Assembly (NCBI GenBank): GCA_963758915.1
Contig: CAVWXH010000003.1
Location: forward strand, 160,001 to 224,000
DNA from: an uncultured Methanomicrobiales archaeon
GTDB taxonomy: Archaea > Halobacteriota > Methanomicrobia > Methanomicrobiales > Methanospirillaceae
Direction: 5' to 3'
DNA length: 64,000 bases
In this document: in pieces, positions 60,262 through 64,000 of the stretch
How positions within the stretch are numbered: position 1 is the stretch's first letter
How the letters are laid out: every line of letters begins with the position of its first letter
Position numbers and translations under genes: made by a program
Notes under the pieces: model-generated
The model's input: the letters and a program-made list of their open reading frames with translations, nothing else
Database searches by the model: none
What the model was told of the DNA's origin: nothing

Positions 60262-60792
60262 TTATTTCCTGGTCACCGCAATCGCGGTATCAACAATCGC
60301 ACCAAGCTGCTCAATACCCCAGTGCTCTGAGTTCAGGATCATATGGTAGAGCCCGAGGTCGGTGATATCAATCTGGTAATACATCCGGTACCGCAGCGCT
60401 TCACACTTTTCCCTCTCTTCGGTCGTATGTTTCGCTGTTTCCTCGTTAATGACTTCATCTCTGGACTGGATTCTCCTGACCCGGCAGTCAAGTGGAGCAT
60501 TAATCCAGATCTTTAAGTCCGCGGAGGGGACCATCCAGCCGGACAGCCTGCCCTCAACAATGATATTATCCCGGGATTCTGCAATTTCTTTCTGGCGTTC
60601 GTCAATCATCCGGTCAAACGATGGATCACTCTCTGCGAGCGCACCGAATTCAGGAAGGTCCATGTTATGCTCTTTTGCCATCTGGCGAAAGACCTCCCCT
60701 GCGGAGATCAGTTGAAAATTATGTTTTTCAGATAGGTAGCGTGCCAGTGAGGTCGTCCCGCTCCCGGGAAGTCCGCTCACGGTGATACGCAT
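60262..60792 (-). CDS. cmk: Cytidylate kinase
   Basis: MRITVSGLPGSGTT, SAGEVFR and EGRLSGW motifs. Confidence 0.94.
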   Translation of the reverse strand: MRITVSGLPGSGTTSLARYLSEKHNFQLISAGEVFRQMAKEHNMDLPEFGALAESDPSFDRMIDERQKEIAESRDNIIVEGRLSGWMVPSADLKIWINAPLDCRVRRIQSRDEVINEETAKHTTEEREKCEALRYRMYYQIDITDLGLYHMILNSEHWGIEQLGAIVDTAIAVTRK

Positions 60793-61391
60793 CAGAGGCC
60801 CCCGATGTTGAGGGACTTCCTGATTACCTGGCTGATCGCAAGGGAACAGAACATGTACCAGAGCATCCATGCCGGGATGGGGCCGATGACACCTGCAGCC
60901 AGTGTACTGGCGCCAAAGAATGGCATCACGATGGTACTGGTATCGCTGGCAAGCCGAAACAGCAACCAGAAAAAGATTGGTACCGTAAGCAGGAGAATGT
61001 ACGCCATCGGTTTGAACTGCTGCTGTGAGAGTTGCAACTGCTCTTTCATCATCCTGTCACGTTTTACATCAAGTTTCTTGACCCGTTTTTCGTCCTGCGA
61101 GAGCTGGGCTTCCCGGTATTCTTTCTGGAACTCCTTCATCCGTTCCTGCGTGTCCTGCATTTTTTCGTAGTCAATCGTATACTTCTGGATGAGAGATGAA
61201 TAGAGTGCTGTGATTGTCGAGAGAATGATAATCAGGATAAAGAACGGAATTTTCAGCGTATCAACAAGCGGACCGAAAGCTGTATCAATGCCCTGTCCGA
61301 CAGCAGTATGGATGAACGGGATACTGTAGGAAATGATCAGGAGCATCGCCAGTACAAGGGCGATGTACCCGCTGTATTTTTTCAGGTCCAT
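60792..61391 (-). CDS. DUF106 / EMC3-TMCO1-family membrane protein
   Basis: TM-coiled-coil-TM layout, FKPM and WYMFCS; conserved position between adk and cmk. Confidence 0.9.
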   Translation of the reverse strand: MDLKKYSGYIALVLAMLLIISYSIPFIHTAVGQGIDTAFGPLVDTLKIPFFILIIILSTITALYSSLIQKYTIDYEKMQDTQERMKEFQKEYREAQLSQDEKRVKKLDVKRDRMMKEQLQLSQQQFKPMAYILLLTVPIFFWLLFRLASDTSTIVMPFFGASTLAAGVIGPIPAWMLWYMFCSLAISQVIRKSLNIGGL

Positions 61392-61395
61392 TTAG

Positions 61396-61968
61396 TCACC
61401 TGAGGACATCGGCCATGTCCGTTGTAGCCCTTTCAAGAAGGAAGTCCTGGTTCCGGATAATTTTTACCGTGCAACCAGTAGTCATTGCATAGGAAGCACC
61501 AAATGAGCGGTTAAACTGCTGGTGTTCAGCAATGCCACCCGCGCCTTCCATATCACGGACCCTGGTTGCATCACTGAGACGCCTGAGCAGGATCTGGTCC
61601 TCATCCGTCTCCACGAGCACGATGAGGTCGGGCATCAGTTCCCGCAACACCCATTCGGGGAGACCGGGGAGGTACCCTTTCGGGGTCTTCACTGATGCAT
61701 GGGTATCGATAAGTACATTCCCTGATATCTGGGACATTGCCTTTGCTGCGAGTTTCTGCAGGTTTTTCTGGACGTCCTTGTCCAGCTTCCGCATCTCATC
61801 CCGGTCCTTTGCATACCCTTCCTTCTGGGCGACCTCAAACATGAACGTCCCAAAATTGAGGGACTGGTAGGTGATCCCTTCCTCTTTCAGCTTTGCAAGG
61901 GCCCCGTTTACAACGGTAGTCTTTCCCACACCCGGTACACCAGTAATGATCACTTTCCTTCCGGCCAT
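61396..61968 (-). CDS. adkA: Archaeal adenylate kinase
   Basis: TGVPGVGKTT, NFGTFM, DRDEMRKL, DTH and GYLPGLP motifs. Confidence 0.95.
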   Translation of the reverse strand: MAGRKVIITGVPGVGKTTVVNGALAKLKEEGITYQSLNFGTFMFEVAQKEGYAKDRDEMRKLDKDVQKNLQKLAAKAMSQISGNVLIDTHASVKTPKGYLPGLPEWVLRELMPDLIVLVETDEDQILLRRLSDATRVRDMEGAGGIAEHQQFNRSFGASYAMTTGCTVKIIRNQDFLLERATTDMADVLR

Positions 61969-61992
61969 CTCTCTCACACCAATCCTGAAATT

Positions 61993-63426
61993 TTACTCTT
62001 TACCAAAGAATGTTCTCATGAACGGATACATTTCCATAATCTGCTGGCTGGCAATCTCTTCGTAGAGACGATACGTAATACTTACCGTCAGTAACAACCC
62101 TGTGCCGCTCACACCGCCGATTACACCGAAAAGGTTGGCAACGACACTGAGCACACCGATTGTTACCCCGCCGATCACCGTGACACGGGGAATATAGCGG
62201 TTAAGGTACTTCTCAAGCACCTGCGGGTTTCTCCGGTACCCGGGAATTGACATCCCGGAACCCTGGATCTGCCGTGCCACATCTTTCGAATCGAGCCCTG
62301 CGGTCTTGATCCAGAACAGTGCAAATATTGCACCACCGATGACGACCACGGCGGTATCAATCCCAAGGCGGATCAAGATCTGCCATGGCTCATTAACAAT
62401 TGGATATGCCCACCACATCCAGTCATAGGGCCCGTTAATTGGTGCAAGGTAATACATCAGGCCGTTAATCGGCGTCGTTCCCACATAGGTCCCGAATATC
62501 GTTATCCCGATGTTATTGAGGAACAACCCGATCATCTGGATATTCGCCTGCAGGACACGGACAAGGATCATCGGCAGGACAGATGCATAAATCAGTTTTA
62601 CCGGGAACCTTGCCCGTGCACCACGGACCTGGGCATGGGCGAGAGGGATCTCGATACGGGTGGATTCCACGTATACAATGATGAGGAAAATAACAACCGT
62701 CGTGATGAGCGCAAGCATCTCGGGCCCCATATACTGCAGGAAGTTTGCACCACTGGCGATAACCGCCACGATCCTCGGGAAGAAACCAACAGGATACTGG
62801 TCACTGAGTGGTGCCCAGTTGATAAACCCGTTGACAATTGCCTGAGATATACCTGCAATAATGAAGAGTCCCACACCGGATCCGATTCCCCACTTGGTGA
62901 CTACTTCATCCATGAATACGACGAGCAACCCACCAATACAGATCTGGACGAAAATAATGAACGAAACGGCGAACAGGTTCCCGCCAAAGAAGGTCATGGC
63001 AATCTGGGGATCTGGTTGCATGAACCCTCCGATAAGGTTGGGTGCCGCTTCGAGTATGATCATGACAAAGATGAGTAACTTCTGCAGGCCCATGTACAGG
63101 ACCTGGCCCCTTGCTTCAGAGGTATCGATATGGAGAATGTCTGCCCCTTTCAGCAACTGCAGGACGATCGAAGCCGTCACGATTGGCCCGATACCGAGTT
63201 GCAACAGTGAGCCGCTCTGACCTGCGAGGAGCGCACGCCAGTAGGAGAAAAGGTCCTGTGAAGTGGGAGAAATCCCCCAGAGGGGGACGTTAGTCAGCGC
63301 AAAATACAAAATTAAAATACCCGCCGTCCACAGCAGCTTGTTCTTGAAGTGAACGTGGCCATCGGGACTCCTCACCGTAGGCATTGCTGCGAGCAGGGGT
63401 TCCATTCGATCCAACAGGCTTCCCAT
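61993..63426 (-). CDS. secY: Protein translocase subunit SecY
   Basis: LGIGPIVTASIVLQLL, KWGIGSGVGLFI, IPGYRR and GTGLLLTVSI motifs. Confidence 0.98.
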   Translation of the reverse strand: MGSLLDRMEPLLAAMPTVRSPDGHVHFKNKLLWTAGILILYFALTNVPLWGISPTSQDLFSYWRALLAGQSGSLLQLGIGPIVTASIVLQLLKGADILHIDTSEARGQVLYMGLQKLLIFVMIILEAAPNLIGGFMQPDPQIAMTFFGGNLFAVSFIIFVQICIGGLLVVFMDEVVTKWGIGSGVGLFIIAGISQAIVNGFINWAPLSDQYPVGFFPRIVAVIASGANFLQYMGPEMLALITTVVIFLIIVYVESTRIEIPLAHAQVRGARARFPVKLIYASVLPMILVRVLQANIQMIGLFLNNIGITIFGTYVGTTPINGLMYYLAPINGPYDWMWWAYPIVNEPWQILIRLGIDTAVVVIGGAIFALFWIKTAGLDSKDVARQIQGSGMSIPGYRRNPQVLEKYLNRYIPRVTVIGGVTIGVLSVVANLFGVIGGVSGTGLLLTVSITYRLYEEIASQQIMEMYPFMRTFFGKE

Positions 63427-63452
63427 TATTTCACCTAAAAACTATTCAGTGA

Positions 63453-63878
63453 TCAGATGACCAGTGCCTGGCCACCTGATGATTCAATTTTTACCTTCGC
63501 CTGTTCAGAAAATGAACCTGCAGAGACCTGGATTTTGTGGGTTACTCTTCCACTGCCAAGGATTTTATCAATCCCCATATCTGCAGCATTAAAGATAACC
63601 TTACCGCCTTCTTCTTTTGCAAGGCCCTGCTGGATTAATGAAGGGATCATCTGGTCAATGGTCCCGATATCCACTGCTTTGACATGGGTTGTAGTCGGGT
63701 TTGAGAACCCGTTTTTACCAAATACAGGTCCTTCCTTGAGGTAATACCGCACAAAATGGTGAGCGTTGATACCTGCACGGCCCCTGCCGCCACGGTTTCC
63801 TGCGCCGCGCCGGTTCTTATGGGTCCCGCCGCCACATGTCCGCGATCCTCGGTATTTAGAGCGTTTATTGACTGGCAT
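63453..63878 (-). CDS. rpl15: Ribosomal protein uL15
   Basis: RGSRTCGGGTHKNRRGAGNRGGRG and KILGSG motifs. Confidence 0.96.
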   Translation of the reverse strand: MPVNKRSKYRGSRTCGGGTHKNRRGAGNRGGRGRAGINAHHFVRYYLKEGPVFGKNGFSNPTTTHVKAVDIGTIDQMIPSLIQQGLAKEEGGKVIFNAADMGIDKILGSGRVTHKIQVSAGSFSEQAKVKIESSGGQALVI

Positions 63879-63884
63879 CTCTGA

Positions 63885-64000
63885 TCACCTCATCTTATAG
63901 AGAAGCGCGTTGATCTCGTTACCGTAGTAACCGAGAGCACCACCCTGTGGAAACGTTCTCTTGATAGTCTTATATCCCTTGCGTGGCGGGTGGAGCCTGA
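63885..64000 (-). CDS. rpl30: Ribosomal protein uL30 (C-terminal part)
   Basis: Minus strand reads [37 protein letters not shown]-stop. Confidence 0.93.
   Translation of the reverse strand, partial: RLHPPRKGYKTIKRTFPQGGALGYYGNEINALLYKMR

Overview
A core-genome window of a hydrogenotrophic methanogen, most consistent with Methanomicrobiales (Methanoregulaceae-like: mtrA/mtrA-G duplication, MtrE with GNPYYG, fwdG-fwdF-hdrCBA-mvhD-fwdDBAC operon). It holds a methanogenesis super-locus: a nine-gene, translationally coupled minus-strand operon (two TiaS-kinase-like Mmp11 paralogues, a radical SAM enzyme, a stand-alone IorA-like ThDP enzyme, aksA-aksD-aksE, a Cys-rich unknown, aksF), then ftr, the fwd/hdr operon, mcrBDCGA and mtrEDCBAF(A-G)H. 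An accessory block of about 19 kb lies between mcrA and mtrE: gene scars, orphan echDE, a NifB/NifX-ATPase-DUF134-Mrp metal-cluster locus with a thrice-repeated operator, a Cys/His-rich small protein, LarC plus a 613-aa unknown, a kinase-GNAT fusion, an ABC-2 pair and a SPASM radical SAM enzyme. The window ends in rpl30-rpl15-secY-adk-cmk. Single-base indels occur even in essential genes (mcrB, fwdA, fwdC), so frameshifts and two apparent fusions are treated as sequencing errors. Lead hypothesis (inference): the aks operon also encodes the unassigned late steps of coenzyme B biosynthesis. No rRNA, tRNA, CRISPR array or transposase was recognised. All family assignments come from motif recognition by eye, not database searches.
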